DNA of 57,752 bases, taken from an uncultured Dehalococcoidales bacterium (lineage in GTDB: Bacteria; Chloroflexota; Dehalococcoidia; Dehalococcoidales; Fen-1064). The DNA is taken from NCBI GenBank assembly GCA_964493955.1, contig CAZBPZ010000001.1, forward strand, positions 1 to 57,752, in the 5' to 3' direction. The notes below the pieces were generated by a model. It was not told the DNA's origin. It ran no database searches and worked only from the letters and a program-made list of their open reading frames with translations. Positions 34,540-43,668 of the stretch are shown here, in pieces (the first letter of the stretch is position 1; each line of letters begins with the position of its first letter). Both the position numbers and the translations under genes were made by a program.

Positions 34540-35952
34540 TCACAGCGAAGGGTGCCGGTCGGCCCAGGGGCGGGCCTCTTCAAAGGCGGCGGCCGCCTGC
34601 AGCACGGTGACATCGGCAAAGCGCCGGCCCACGAGCTGCAGGCCAACCGGCAGGCCTTCCGCGGTCCAGCCGCACGGCACCGAGGCCGCCGGCTGTCCGG
34701 TGAAATTGAAGGGATAGGTGAACGGGGTCCAGTCCAGGTTCGGTGAGCCTTTCACCCCGGCTATCTCCGTCACCTCGTAACGAGTCACGTCGAAGGCGGG
34801 CACTGCGGTAGTCGGGGTAAGGAGCAGGTCGTACCGTTCAAAGACGGGTCGTAGCCTGTCCCAGAGCGCCTCCCGTGCCAGGGCAGCCCGGGCGTAATCG
34901 GTCGCTGGCACTGCCATGCCCCTTTCCACCATCTCCACCAGCCGCGGGTTCATCCGGTCGCGCCACTCCGGCAGGCTGTCTGCCAGCTTGCTGGCAAAGG
35001 TCACGGCCCAGATGGTGGCAAAGGCAAAGCCGAGCGGCCCGCGGTCGAGTTCAACCTCCTCTACTTCCGCGCCCAGTTCCGTGAATACGTCCAGGGCTGT
35101 TGTTGTCGCCGCCAGCACATCAGGTTCCACCGGGGCATTGCCGAGGTCGGGACTCCAGGCGATGCGCCATCCTTTCAAGTCAACCGGCTCAAGCGGATAG
35201 AAACGGGTGCCGTCGTCGGGAAGGGTAAGGCGGTCGCGCTCGTCCGGCCCGGCGATAACGGCCATCATCAGGGCGGCATCGGCCACGGTGCGCGTAATCG
35301 GGCCGATGTGGGAGAGCGTTTGCCAGTCAGGCAGGCCCGGCCCCCGCGGCACGCGCCCGTAGGACGGCTTCAGTCCGAAGGCCCCGCAGAAGCTGCTGGG
35401 GATGCGGATGGAGCCGCCGCCGTCGCTGCCGACTGCCAGGGGGCCCAGCCCGGCCACGACCTGGGCGGCCGCCCCGCCGCTGGAACCACCGGCATGGCGC
35501 TGCAGGTGCCAGGGGTTGCGTGTCGGCCCGAAAAGCAGGTTGTCCGTCACCCCCATAAAGCCGAACTCGGGGGTGTTGGTCTTACCCAGCACGATGGCGC
35601 CGGCCCGCTTGAGCCGCTCCACCACCACGGCGTCCTCATCGGGCACGAAGTCCTCGTAGATGCGGGAACCGAAGGTGGTACGTACTCCCCGGGTGAAGAT
35701 CAGGTCCTTGATGGAGACCGGTACCCCGTGCAGCGGGCCGAGGCTGTCCCCCCGCACCACGGCCGCCTCCGCCTCCCGGGCCGCCTGCCGGGCCGCCCCG
35801 GCGGTCACGGTGCAGTAGGCGTTGAGCACCGGGTTCACCGCCTCAATGCGCTTCAGGAAGGCGCCCACCACCTCCACCGGTGAAAGCTGCTTCCGCCGGA
35901 TGGCGGCTGCCAGCTCTACCGCTGTCAGACGGGTGATGTCAGTGTCGCTCAT
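34540..35952 (-). CDS. amidase (amidase-signature family), paralog 2
   Basis: GGSSGGAAAQVV signature. Collinear similarity to 13805-15229 over the whole length. Confidence 0.85.
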   Translation of the reverse strand: MSDTDITRLTAVELAAAIRRKQLSPVEVVGAFLKRIEAVNPVLNAYCTVTAGAARQAAREAEAAVVRGDSLGPLHGVPVSIKDLIFTRGVRTTFGSRIYEDFVPDEDAVVVERLKRAGAIVLGKTNTPEFGFMGVTDNLLFGPTRNPWHLQRHAGGSSGGAAAQVVAGLGPLAVGSDGGGSIRIPSSFCGAFGLKPSYGRVPRGPGLPDWQTLSHIGPITRTVADAALMMAVIAGPDERDRLTLPDDGTRFYPLEPVDLKGWRIAWSPDLGNAPVEPDVLAATTTALDVFTELGAEVEEVELDRGPLGFAFATIWAVTFASKLADSLPEWRDRMNPRLVEMVERGMAVPATDYARAALAREALWDRLRPVFERYDLLLTPTTAVPAFDVTRYEVTEIAGVKGSPNLDWTPFTYPFNFTGQPAASVPCGWTAEGLPVGLQLVGRRFADVTVLQAAAAFEEARPWADRHPSL

Positions 35953-35989
35953 GTTGTCCCTCGCTTAGCAGGATAATTTCCAGCCAGGT

Positions 35990-36832
35990 TCAGGCCGTTC
36001 CCTGGCGGCAGGCACGGATGTAGCGCACGGCAAAGCGGTCACGCCCGGTAAGCACGTCGGTGGCGAGCACCGTGGCCCGTGCCGTGGCAACGTTCACCGT
36101 GGGGCAGGTCACGCCCGCCATGATGGCAGCCACGAGGAAGGTATTGTTGATGATATCACGGTCGGGCAGGCCGTAGGACACATTACTGATGCCAAGCGTC
36201 TGGTTGACACCGAACTCCTCGCGTACCCGGCGCACCGCCTCCAGCGTTATGTCAGCTGACCCGGTGTCGATGGCAAGCGGCGAAGTCACACAGTCTATGA
36301 TGACATCCTGACAGGCTATCCCCAGCTTTTCTGCCCGCTCGATTATTCTGCCGGCGATGGCCAGGCGGCCGTCGACACTGCCGGGCACGCCGTCATCGTC
36401 ACGCGTGAGGCCGATTACAGCCGTCCCGTACTCCCTGACAAGCGGTAGCACTTTCTCCAGCGAGTCCTCCCGGCCCGTGACCGAGTTGATTATCGGCCTG
36501 CCGCGGCAGACCTTGAGGGCGGCTGCCAGTGCCTCCGGGTTGTCACTATCAAGGCAAAGGGGCACGTCCACCACTTCAAGCACGGCTTCAACTGCCCGGG
36601 GCAGCATGGCCACTTCGTCAACCCCGCTGGCCTTCACATTTATGTCCAGGATGTCGGCCCCGGCCCACACCTGGGCCTCGGCCTCCTGCTGTACCATGGA
36701 TATGTCCCCCTGCATCAGGGCGTCGGCGAGCTTCTTGCGACCGGTCGGGTTGATGCGTTCTCCTATCAGCACCGTCGGGCGGTCGCCGGCAATTATGACG
36801 TCATCTGTTGAGCTTGAGACGATTGTTTCCAA
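35990..36832 (-). CDS. pterin-binding methyltransferase (methyl-H4folate:corrinoid methyltransferase, AcsE/MtgA-like)
   Basis: LIGERINPTGRKKLADAL...ADILDINV...INSV...ISNVSYGLP pterin-binding barrel motifs. TTG start after GGGGAGAGG. Confidence 0.8.
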   Translation of the reverse strand: METIVSSSTDDVIIAGDRPTVLIGERINPTGRKKLADALMQGDISMVQQEAEAQVWAGADILDINVKASGVDEVAMLPRAVEAVLEVVDVPLCLDSDNPEALAAALKVCRGRPIINSVTGREDSLEKVLPLVREYGTAVIGLTRDDDGVPGSVDGRLAIAGRIIERAEKLGIACQDVIIDCVTSPLAIDTGSADITLEAVRRVREEFGVNQTLGISNVSYGLPDRDIINNTFLVAAIMAGVTCPTVNVATARATVLATDVLTGRDRFAVRYIRACRQGTA

Positions 36833-37157
36833 AAAAGCCTCTCCCCGTCCGGGCTATACGGCCATCCTACCGGCGGAATACCCCGGTACGCTACTGCGGT
36901 AAGTTATTCAGCCTCCACGCGGGCAAAACCGTGGACGAGGGGAATACGGTAGAGGCCGAAGACCTCCCGGCTGTGCAGAAAGCCGGCGAAGATAAAGACT
37001 ATCGCCTCCTCCTCCCATATCCCCCCACCCATACCCGGGGACGGGCCTGGTCTATTGCGGCCATCACCTGACCTGACCTATGATAGGCCGCCTGGCCCCG
37101 GGCGTCAATGGCCTCGAACCGGGGCCGGTGCTGGCCTCGTTGTTGCAGCCGTGGCTT

Positions 37158-37168
37158 TGTGCTATACT
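37158..37168 (+). promoter_or_regulatory. extended -10 promoter (TGcTATACT) giving a leaderless transcript for the permease
   Basis: TATACT at 37163-37168 ends 6 nt before ATG 37175. No SD is present. Confidence 0.45.
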
Positions 37169-37174
37169 CCGCCC

Positions 37175-40100
37175 ATGCAGCTCGTGCTCTCCGCTTTTCA
37201 GCTCGTGCTGCGGCGTAGCCTGGCCAACTGGAAGCTTCTTTCGAGTGTCATTGTCGGCGTGCTGGTGGCGGTGGCACTTATCTCCAGCACGCCGCTCTAC
37301 TCTAACACGCTTTCCGACCTGGGGTTGGCCCGCGCCCTGCGAGACAAGACACCGGAGATGGTCAACCTCCAGGTGTACGCCCCGACAGCCGCGGTGGAGC
37401 GCGAGCAGTATGAGGACGACTGGGCCATGGTGCAGCAGCAGGTAGCGGCTAATCTCGGAACAGTCATCTACAAAGAGGAGCGCTACATCAGGTCACAGAC
37501 GTTCTGGGCCGGCTGGGCCGACCGCCCGATCCCCACCGGCCCCGACCGCCCCAAGGGACATTTTCAGTTCTTCACCAACCTCGAGAAACACGTGCGGCTG
37601 CTGGAGGGGCGCTTCCCGCGGACATTCCCTCGTGAAATGAAGGACGAAGACCTGCTGGACACGGCGCTCGAGATTGAGGCTGTAATCGGCCGCCGCGCCG
37701 CCGACCTGTTTGACGTGGGGGTGGGGGACCGCCTCGTCTTCCTCCATGCCTGGGGAGCCATCCCGACCGAGCTAACAATCAAGCTTACCGGCATCATCGA
37801 GCCGATAGACCCGGACGAGGACTTCTGGTTCCTCATGACAGATATCTTCTACGTGACCGGCAGCGGTCAGGAAGAAGGGGCAACCGCCCCGCTCTTCATC
37901 CCGGAGGAGACCCTCTTCAACGTGGTGGCCCGGCTCATCCCGCAGGTCAAGGCTACCTTCAACTGGTACTACTATGTTGACCAGTCAGAGGTGACGTCCC
38001 TCAATGCCCGGCAGGTGAAGGCCGGGGTTAACCGGTTGGAGAACCAGATTATCTCGCAGCTGCCGCGCACCTCTGTCCTGACGGCGCTTGATAGTATCAT
38101 CAGCGAGTACGAGCAGAAGCTGCTGTACACCCAGATACCGCTCTTCCTCCTCATCTTCCAGATTGTGGCCATTGTACTCTACTACGTGGTGACGGTGGCC
38201 AACATGGTGGTGGACCGGCAGGCCGGTGAGATTGCCCTGCTGCGCAGCCGGGGCGCCAGTACGCCTCAAATCGTGGGGGTGTACCTGCTGGAGGGGCTCC
38301 TGATTGCTGTCCTGGGCGGGGCCGTCGGGCCGTTTCTGGGAGCAGCCTCGTTCAGCCTGCTCGGCCTGACGGCCCCGTTCCATCCCCTTACCGGGGGAGG
38401 ACTGCTGGATGTCAGGTTCTCCGGGGCGGTCTTCATGCTCGCGGCGGCGGCCGCTTTCCTGTGCCTGCTGGCCCTGGTATTCCCTGCCCTGCGGGCCGCC
38501 CGGATAGGTATCGTTCTGCAGCGCCAGTCCCTCGGCCGGCCGGCACGGGCACCCTTCTGGCAGCGCTACTACCTTGATGTCATCCTGCTGGTGGTGGGGG
38601 GTGTCCTCTACTGGGAGCTGGAACGCCAGGGTACCCTGGCCAGCCGCGGTCTCTTCGGGGGCGTGGAGGTTGACCCCCTGCTGCTGATTACCCCGCTGCT
38701 CTTTATGGTGGCGGCCGCCATCATCTTTCTGCGCCTCTTTCCGCTGGTGGTTGCCCTGGTCTCGCGCCTGAGCCGCTACGCCACCAACGCCGCGGTGGTA
38801 CTGAGCCTGCGCTACATGGCCCGCAACCCGGTGCATTACGGCCGGCTGATACTGCTGCTGATGCTGGCGGCCAGTGTCGGCATGTTTGCCGCCAGCTTCC
38901 TCGGCACCCTGCAGCGCAGCTACCACGAGCGGGCCTACTACCTCAGCGGCGGGGACATCCGGCTGAGCGGCATATATGAGTACCGCTCCGGTAAGGAGGC
39001 GCTGGAGCAGCTATACGGCTCCATTCCCGGCGTTGAGAAGGTTACCGTGGGGGCGCGCAGCAGTGCCACCATGGGGAGCCTGTTCACCCAGATTGATTTT
39101 GAGCTGCTGGCAGTTGACCCCACCACCTTCGCCGACGTGAGCTGGTACCGGGCAGACTTTTCCGAGAAGTCGCTCGGCGAGCTGATGCAGGTACTGGCCG
39201 AAGACACCCCCCGGGAGCACGGGATACCCTTACCGGAGGGCACGGAGAGCCTTGGCCTCTGGGTGCACCCCACCAGCGTTCACCCCGGGCTGGTGCTTTC
39301 CGTGCGCATCAGGGATGGCCAGGGTAGCTACTATGACTACGAGCTGGGAACACCCGGCGTTGAAGACTGGCAGTACCTGGAGGCCTCGCTGGTACGGCCC
39401 ATCTTTGAGACGTTGCCGCCTTCACCCCTGACGCTCGAGGCCATTTATTTCTACATCCGCCGCACCGGCTCTGATGCTCCCCGGCGCCCTCCGGAGGCTG
39501 TTTTCCTGGACAATTTGCAGGCCAGGGTTGCCTCCTCGCCTGCGCCCGTTTTGCTGGACGGCTTTGAAGAACCGGGTGAATGGGTTACCGTGGCCGAGGA
39601 GTCTTCCGGGGCCGGAATCCCGGGAGGCTCGGGTGATGCCTTCCTCCGTGACAATACCCTTGTCTACGAGGGGGAGCATGCCGCACGTTACTCGTTTTCG
39701 CCGCAGCGTACCTTCGGTTACCGCGGTGTCTTTCCCAACCTGGATACCGCGCCGCTGGCACTCATCGCCAGCCGGTCGTTGCTGAATGCCGCCGGCGCCT
39801 CGGTTGGCCAGTACCTCACTATCCGCCTGCCGGGGCAGTACATATCGGCCGTGGTGGTTGACAGGGCAGACTATTTCCCCACGCTCGACCCGGAGGGCCG
39901 GGGCTTTGCCATTGCCAACATCAACCGCCTCAGCAGCCTGCGTAACATCACGCTCCGGAGAGGCAGCCGCTTTTACCCCGATGAAATATGGCTCTCCGTG
40001 ACCGATGCCCCCGAGCTGCGGGAAGGCGTGGTGGAGACGCTGAAGACCCCGAAGTACCGTGCCCGCCAGTTCTACGACCAGCTTGAGATGACAACCAGGG

Positions 40101-40552
40101 CCAGGAACGACCCGCTGGTAGCGGCCGGCTGGGGCGGCATTCTGTTGCTAGCTTTTCTGGGGGTTGTCCTGGTGAGTGCCCTTGGCTTCATTGTGTATGC
40201 TTACCTCTCGGCCCTGGGGCGGCAGCTTGAGTTTGCCGTGCTGCGTACCCTGGGCTTCTCCCGGCGGCAGATTATTGGCCTCATCTGCCTGGAGCAGGTG
40301 TTTGTCATCGGCAGCGGTATGGGCATCGGCACTATCCTGGGACTGCAGCTCAGCAGGGTGATGATGCCCTTCCTCCAGCTAACGGAGATGGGCCAGAAGG
40401 TCCTGCCCCCGTTTGTACCCGTGGTGGACTGGCTCACCATCGGCACGGCCTACCTCGTGCTGGCAGTGGCCTTCGTGGTGACCATATCCCTGGTGATAGT
40501 CTATTTCTCCCGCGTGGCCATTCACCGCGCTCTGAGAATTGGAGAAACCTAG
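37175..40552 (+). CDS. ABC transporter permease with two fused FtsX modules (10 TM, two large extracytoplasmic domains)
   Basis: Two FtsX signatures (DRQAGEIALLRSRGAS...; GRQLEFAVLRTLGFS...), each preceded by a 300-400 aa loop. Start at ATG 37175 rather than the ORF-track start at 37055. Confidence 0.85.
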   Translation: MQLVLSAFQLVLRRSLANWKLLSSVIVGVLVAVALISSTPLYSNTLSDLGLARALRDKTPEMVNLQVYAPTAAVEREQYEDDWAMVQQQVAANLGTVIYKEERYIRSQTFWAGWADRPIPTGPDRPKGHFQFFTNLEKHVRLLEGRFPRTFPREMKDEDLLDTALEIEAVIGRRAADLFDVGVGDRLVFLHAWGAIPTELTIKLTGIIEPIDPDEDFWFLMTDIFYVTGSGQEEGATAPLFIPEETLFNVVARLIPQVKATFNWYYYVDQSEVTSLNARQVKAGVNRLENQIISQLPRTSVLTALDSIISEYEQKLLYTQIPLFLLIFQIVAIVLYYVVTVANMVVDRQAGEIALLRSRGASTPQIVGVYLLEGLLIAVLGGAVGPFLGAASFSLLGLTAPFHPLTGGGLLDVRFSGAVFMLAAAAAFLCLLALVFPALRAARIGIVLQRQSLGRPARAPFWQRYYLDVILLVVGGVLYWELERQGTLASRGLFGGVEVDPLLLITPLLFMVAAAIIFLRLFPLVVALVSRLSRYATNAAVVLSLRYMARNPVHYGRLILLLMLAASVGMFAASFLGTLQRSYHERAYYLSGGDIRLSGIYEYRSGKEALEQLYGSIPGVEKVTVGARSSATMGSLFTQIDFELLAVDPTTFADVSWYRADFSEKSLGELMQVLAEDTPREHGIPLPEGTESLGLWVHPTSVHPGLVLSVRIRDGQGSYYDYELGTPGVEDWQYLEASLVRPIFETLPPSPLTLEAIYFYIRRTGSDAPRRPPEAVFLDNLQARVASSPAPVLLDGFEEPGEWVTVAEESSGAGIPGGSGDAFLRDNTLVYEGEHAARYSFSPQRTFGYRGVFPNLDTAPLALIASRSLLNAAGASVGQYLTIRLPGQYISAVVVDRADYFPTLDPEGRGFAIANINRLSSLRNITLRRGSRFYPDEIWLSVTDAPELREGVVETLKTPKYRARQFYDQLEMTTRARNDPLVAAGWGGILLLAFLGVVLVSALGFIVYAYLSALGRQLEFAVLRTLGFSRRQIIGLICLEQVFVIGSGMGIGTILGLQLSRVMMPFLQLTEMGQKVLPPFVPVVDWLTIGTAYLVLAVAFVVTISLVIVYFSRVAIHRALRIGET

Positions 40553-40559
40553 GCGGCCA

Positions 40560-41459
40560 ATGGACAGAGAGAACGGTTACTACATAGTCTGCGAAGACCT
40601 CTTCAAAATCTACAAGATTGCCGAGCTTGAGGTGGTGGCCCTGCGGGGGCTCGACCTCAGGGTGCGCACCGGCGAGCTGATGGCCATCGTCGGGGCGAGC
40701 GGCTCGGGCAAGACCACCCTGCTCAATATCCTGGGCGGGCTGGACGTACCTTCAGCCGGCAAGGTGGTCGTTGGCCGGCGCGACCTGCTCAAGCTCTCCC
40801 CCGGCGAGCTGGTGGCCTACCGCCGCCAGGACGTAGGCTTTGTCTGGCAGCAGGGCAGCCGCAACGTCATCAGCTACCTGACGGCCCGGCAAAACGTGGA
40901 GCTGCCGCTGGTACTGCTCGGCTGGCCCCCACGCAAGCGCCGCGCCCGGGCCGAGGAGGTGCTGGAGGCGGTGGGGCTGGCAGACCGGATGGAGCACCGT
41001 CCTGACCGCCTCTCCGGGGGAGAGTTGCAGCGGGTGGCTATTGCGGTGGCACTGGCGCATCACCCGCCGCTCCTGCTGGCCGACGAGCCCACCGGTGAGC
41101 TCGATAGCCACACTTCGGAGGCAATCCTGGACGTTTTCCGGGCCGTGAACGAGCGCTACGGGGTGACAGTTGTCATTGTTACCCATGATACCAGTGTCAT
41201 CGGCAAGGTGGACCGGGTGGTCACCATCCGGGATGGTCGCACCAGCCTGGAGGCCGTCCGGCGGCCACGCTTTGCCCGCCCCTCCGGAGAAGCCGGTGCC
41301 ACCCACGAAGAATTTGTTATCGTGGATGGTGTCGGCCGCCTGCAGATTCCCGGCGAAATTGCCGAGCGGATTGCCCTCGGGCGGCGTGCCCGCGTGTGGC
41401 TGGAGGGTGACCACATCACCGTGTGGCCGGTCAAAGACGACGAGGGGAAAACGCCATGA
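40560..41459 (+). CDS. ABC transporter ATP-binding protein 1 (MacB/LolD-like NBD with ~75-aa C-terminal extension)
   Basis: Walker A GASGSGKTT, LSGGELQRVAIA, Walker B LLLADEPTGELD. Confidence 0.9.
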   Translation: MDRENGYYIVCEDLFKIYKIAELEVVALRGLDLRVRTGELMAIVGASGSGKTTLLNILGGLDVPSAGKVVVGRRDLLKLSPGELVAYRRQDVGFVWQQGSRNVISYLTARQNVELPLVLLGWPPRKRRARAEEVLEAVGLADRMEHRPDRLSGGELQRVAIAVALAHHPPLLLADEPTGELDSHTSEAILDVFRAVNERYGVTVVIVTHDTSVIGKVDRVVTIRDGRTSLEAVRRPRFARPSGEAGATHEEFVIVDGVGRLQIPGEIAERIALGRRARVWLEGDHITVWPVKDDEGKTP

Positions 41460-42142
41460 CAGAGCAGCCCCTCATCACCACCCGGGACCTGGAACGTATC
41501 TTTACGATTGGTGACGAGCAGGTGCGGGCCCTCCACGGCATCAACCTGGAAGCCCGCCGCGGCGAGCTCCTGGTCATCACCGGCCCTTCAGGCTCGGGCA
41601 AGACCACTCTCCTCAACCTCCTGGCCGGACTCGACACGGCCACCTCCGGCCACGTTTACTTTGAGGGGCGGGACCTGGCGGCCCTCTCCGAGCCCGAGCT
41701 GGCCGAGCTGCGCCGCCGTAAGATAGGCTTTGTCTTCCAGTCATTCGGGCTGTTGCCCCTGCTTTCGGCCTACGAGAACGTGGAGCTACCGCTGCGTATC
41801 GCCGGCTGGGGCCGGCGTGACCGCGCCCGGCGCACCGGGGAGGTGCTGGCAATGGTGGGCCTGGAGGGCCGCATGAACCACCGCCCCTACGAGCTGTCCG
41901 GCGGCGAGCAACAGCGCGTGGCAGTGGCCCGGGCCATTGCCCACCGGCCGTCGCTCGTCCTGGCCGATGAGCCTACCGGCGAGCTTGACTCCAGGACCGG
42001 GGCGGCCGTCTTCGGCCTGCTGCAAACAGTGGTCCAGCAGGAGGATGTCGGCATCATTGTGGCCAGCCACGATGTCACCATCGCCAGCCACTTCGCCACC
42101 CGCCTGCTGGGCCTGAGTGACGGGACATTTGTCTCTTCGTGA
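41456..42142 (+). CDS. ABC transporter ATP-binding protein 2 (MacB/LolD-like NBD)
   Basis: GPSGSGKTT, LSGGEQQRVAVA, LVLADEPTGELD. ATGA overlap with the preceding gene. Confidence 0.9.
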   Translation: MTEQPLITTRDLERIFTIGDEQVRALHGINLEARRGELLVITGPSGSGKTTLLNLLAGLDTATSGHVYFEGRDLAALSEPELAELRRRKIGFVFQSFGLLPLLSAYENVELPLRIAGWGRRDRARRTGEVLAMVGLEGRMNHRPYELSGGEQQRVAVARAIAHRPSLVLADEPTGELDSRTGAAVFGLLQTVVQQEDVGIIVASHDVTIASHFATRLLGLSDGTFVSS

Positions 42143-42221
42143 GGAAGGGGACTGATGCCACGTGGAAAGCTTTGGGGACACCAGCCTGACCCGGGGACAT
42201 TTATCTTTTCGTGAGAAAGAA
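42112..42221 (+). repeat. ~37-bp direct repeat (two copies, period ~72 bp) spanning the stop of the ABC ATPase gene
   Basis: Copy 1 at 42112-42148 is CCTGAGTGACGGGACATTTGTCTCTTCGTGAGGAAGG. Copy 2 at 42185-42221 is CCTGACCCGGGGACATTTATCTTTTCGTGAGAAAGAA. Confidence 0.75.
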
Positions 42222-42222
42222 G

Positions 42223-43575
42223 ATGACACTTTCAAAGGACGAACTCAAGTCCAGAGTCTACCGCGAGATTGATAGCCGTGCCGACGAGATAGTGGCCGTG
42301 GCCGAGGCAGTAGCCGATATACCGGAGCCGGGCTACCGCGAGGTGAAGACCTCGCGCCTGATTGCCGGGAAGCTGCGGGGCCTCGGGCTGGCGGTCCGTG
42401 AAGGGCTGGCCCTCACCGGCGTGAAGGCGGTGGCCGCCGGCGGCTATGGGCCGGGCCCGGCGGTGGCCATCCTCGGCGAGCTGGATGCCCTGATTGTGCC
42501 CGGCCACGTTCGGGCCGACCCGACCACCGGGGCTGCCCATGCCTGCGGCCACAACGCCCAGGTGGCCATGATGTTTGGTGCCGCCGCCGGTCTTGTCGGC
42601 TCGGGGGTGCTTTCCGGGTTGGCAGGACGTGTCGTCTTCATGGCCGTCCCGGCCGAGGAGTACATTGAGGTCGAGTACCGCGAGGGCCTGCGTGCTGAAG
42701 GCAAGATAGCCTACCTGGGGGGCAAGCCGGAGCTGGTCCGCCTCGGCGAGTTCGACGACGTTGACATGGCAATGCTGACCCACACCATGCCGACCCGCCG
42801 CCGGCTGGCCATTGGCGTGGGCGGCACCAATAACGGCTGTGTCGTCAAGCGGGTGCAGTTTCTGGGCCGCGGGGCGCATGCCGGTGGGGCACCCCACGCC
42901 GGCATCAATGCCCTCAACGCCGCCATGATAGCCCTCTCGGCCATCCATGCCCAGCGCGAGACCTTCAAGGACGCGGACACGGTGCGTGTGCACCCCATCA
43001 TCACCCGCGGCGGCGAAGCCGTTAACATCGTGCCGGCCGATGTGCGCCTGGAGACGTTTGTGCGCGGCCGTAGCCTGGAGGCAATCCGTGATGCCGAGAA
43101 GAAGGTGGACCGCTGCCTGCGCGCCGGGGCACTGGCGGTGGGCAGCCGTGTGCGTATCAACACCCTGCCGGGGTACCTGCCACTCTTCAACGACCGCCGC
43201 CTGCAGGCTGTCTTCCGTGCCAACGCCGAGGCCCTGGTAGGCAAGCGGCGGGTAGCCCCACCGGGGTACCATAGCACCGGCTCGACCGACATGGGCGATA
43301 TAAGCCACCTGATGCCCGCCATACAGCCGGTAGCAGCCGGGGCCAGGGGTACCAGCCACGGGGATGACTACGTGATAGAGGACCACGAGCTGGCCGTTAT
43401 CAACCCGGCCAAGATAATGGCGGCCACCGTGGTGGACCTCCTGGCCGACGGGGCGGCCGCCGGCAACGAGGTACTGGCACGGCACAAGCCACGTCTCACC
43501 CGGCGGCAGTACCTTGAACTCATGGAGAGCCTGCGCCGGGAAGAGCTCTTTGAAGCTGCCCCGGCGGAAGAGTAG
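42223..43575 (+). CDS. M20 family metallo-hydrolase (amidohydrolase / AbgB-like)
   Basis: AHACGHNAQVAMMFGAA metal-site motif. Length typical of M20D. Start at ATG 42223. Confidence 0.75.
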   Translation: MTLSKDELKSRVYREIDSRADEIVAVAEAVADIPEPGYREVKTSRLIAGKLRGLGLAVREGLALTGVKAVAAGGYGPGPAVAILGELDALIVPGHVRADPTTGAAHACGHNAQVAMMFGAAAGLVGSGVLSGLAGRVVFMAVPAEEYIEVEYREGLRAEGKIAYLGGKPELVRLGEFDDVDMAMLTHTMPTRRRLAIGVGGTNNGCVVKRVQFLGRGAHAGGAPHAGINALNAAMIALSAIHAQRETFKDADTVRVHPIITRGGEAVNIVPADVRLETFVRGRSLEAIRDAEKKVDRCLRAGALAVGSRVRINTLPGYLPLFNDRRLQAVFRANAEALVGKRRVAPPGYHSTGSTDMGDISHLMPAIQPVAAGARGTSHGDDYVIEDHELAVINPAKIMAATVVDLLADGAAAGNEVLARHKPRLTRRQYLELMESLRREELFEAAPAEE

Positions 43576-43609
43576 GCCCGGGTGTCCCGTTCCCCGCCGG
43601 GCCAGGCAG

Positions 43610-43638
43610 TTGACAGCGCCCCCACAACGCCCTAACAT
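43610..43638 (+). promoter_or_regulatory. promoter (TTGACA-N17-TAACAT)
   Basis: Hexamers at 43610-43615 and 43633-43638, upstream of the zinc-ribbon ORF. Confidence 0.45.
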
Positions 43639-43668
43639 TGCGATGACTCGCCGGTGGGAGGGGGCAGC

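Noticed and set aside
36954-36972. Cobalamin riboswitch upstream of the corrinoid methyltransferase (B12-box-like AGCCGGGAGGUCUUCGGCC on the minus strand), and GCCACTG at 44196-44202 upstream of proV
   Set aside because: The other core elements of cobalamin riboswitches (GGGAA…GGUGnnAAUCC…CCCGCnACUGU in the right order) are not present around either site. The B12-box-like string deviates at key positions.
36808-37071. 87-aa plus-strand ORF in the MeTr/permease spacer
   Set aside because: It overlaps the MeTr start, has no SD, and its composition is not coding-like.
37055-37174. 40-codon N-terminal extension of the FtsX permease ORF
   Set aside because: The extension is Pro/Gly/Arg-rich, precedes the first TM helix, and contains the TGcTATACT promoter box. 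ATG 37175 is the likely start.
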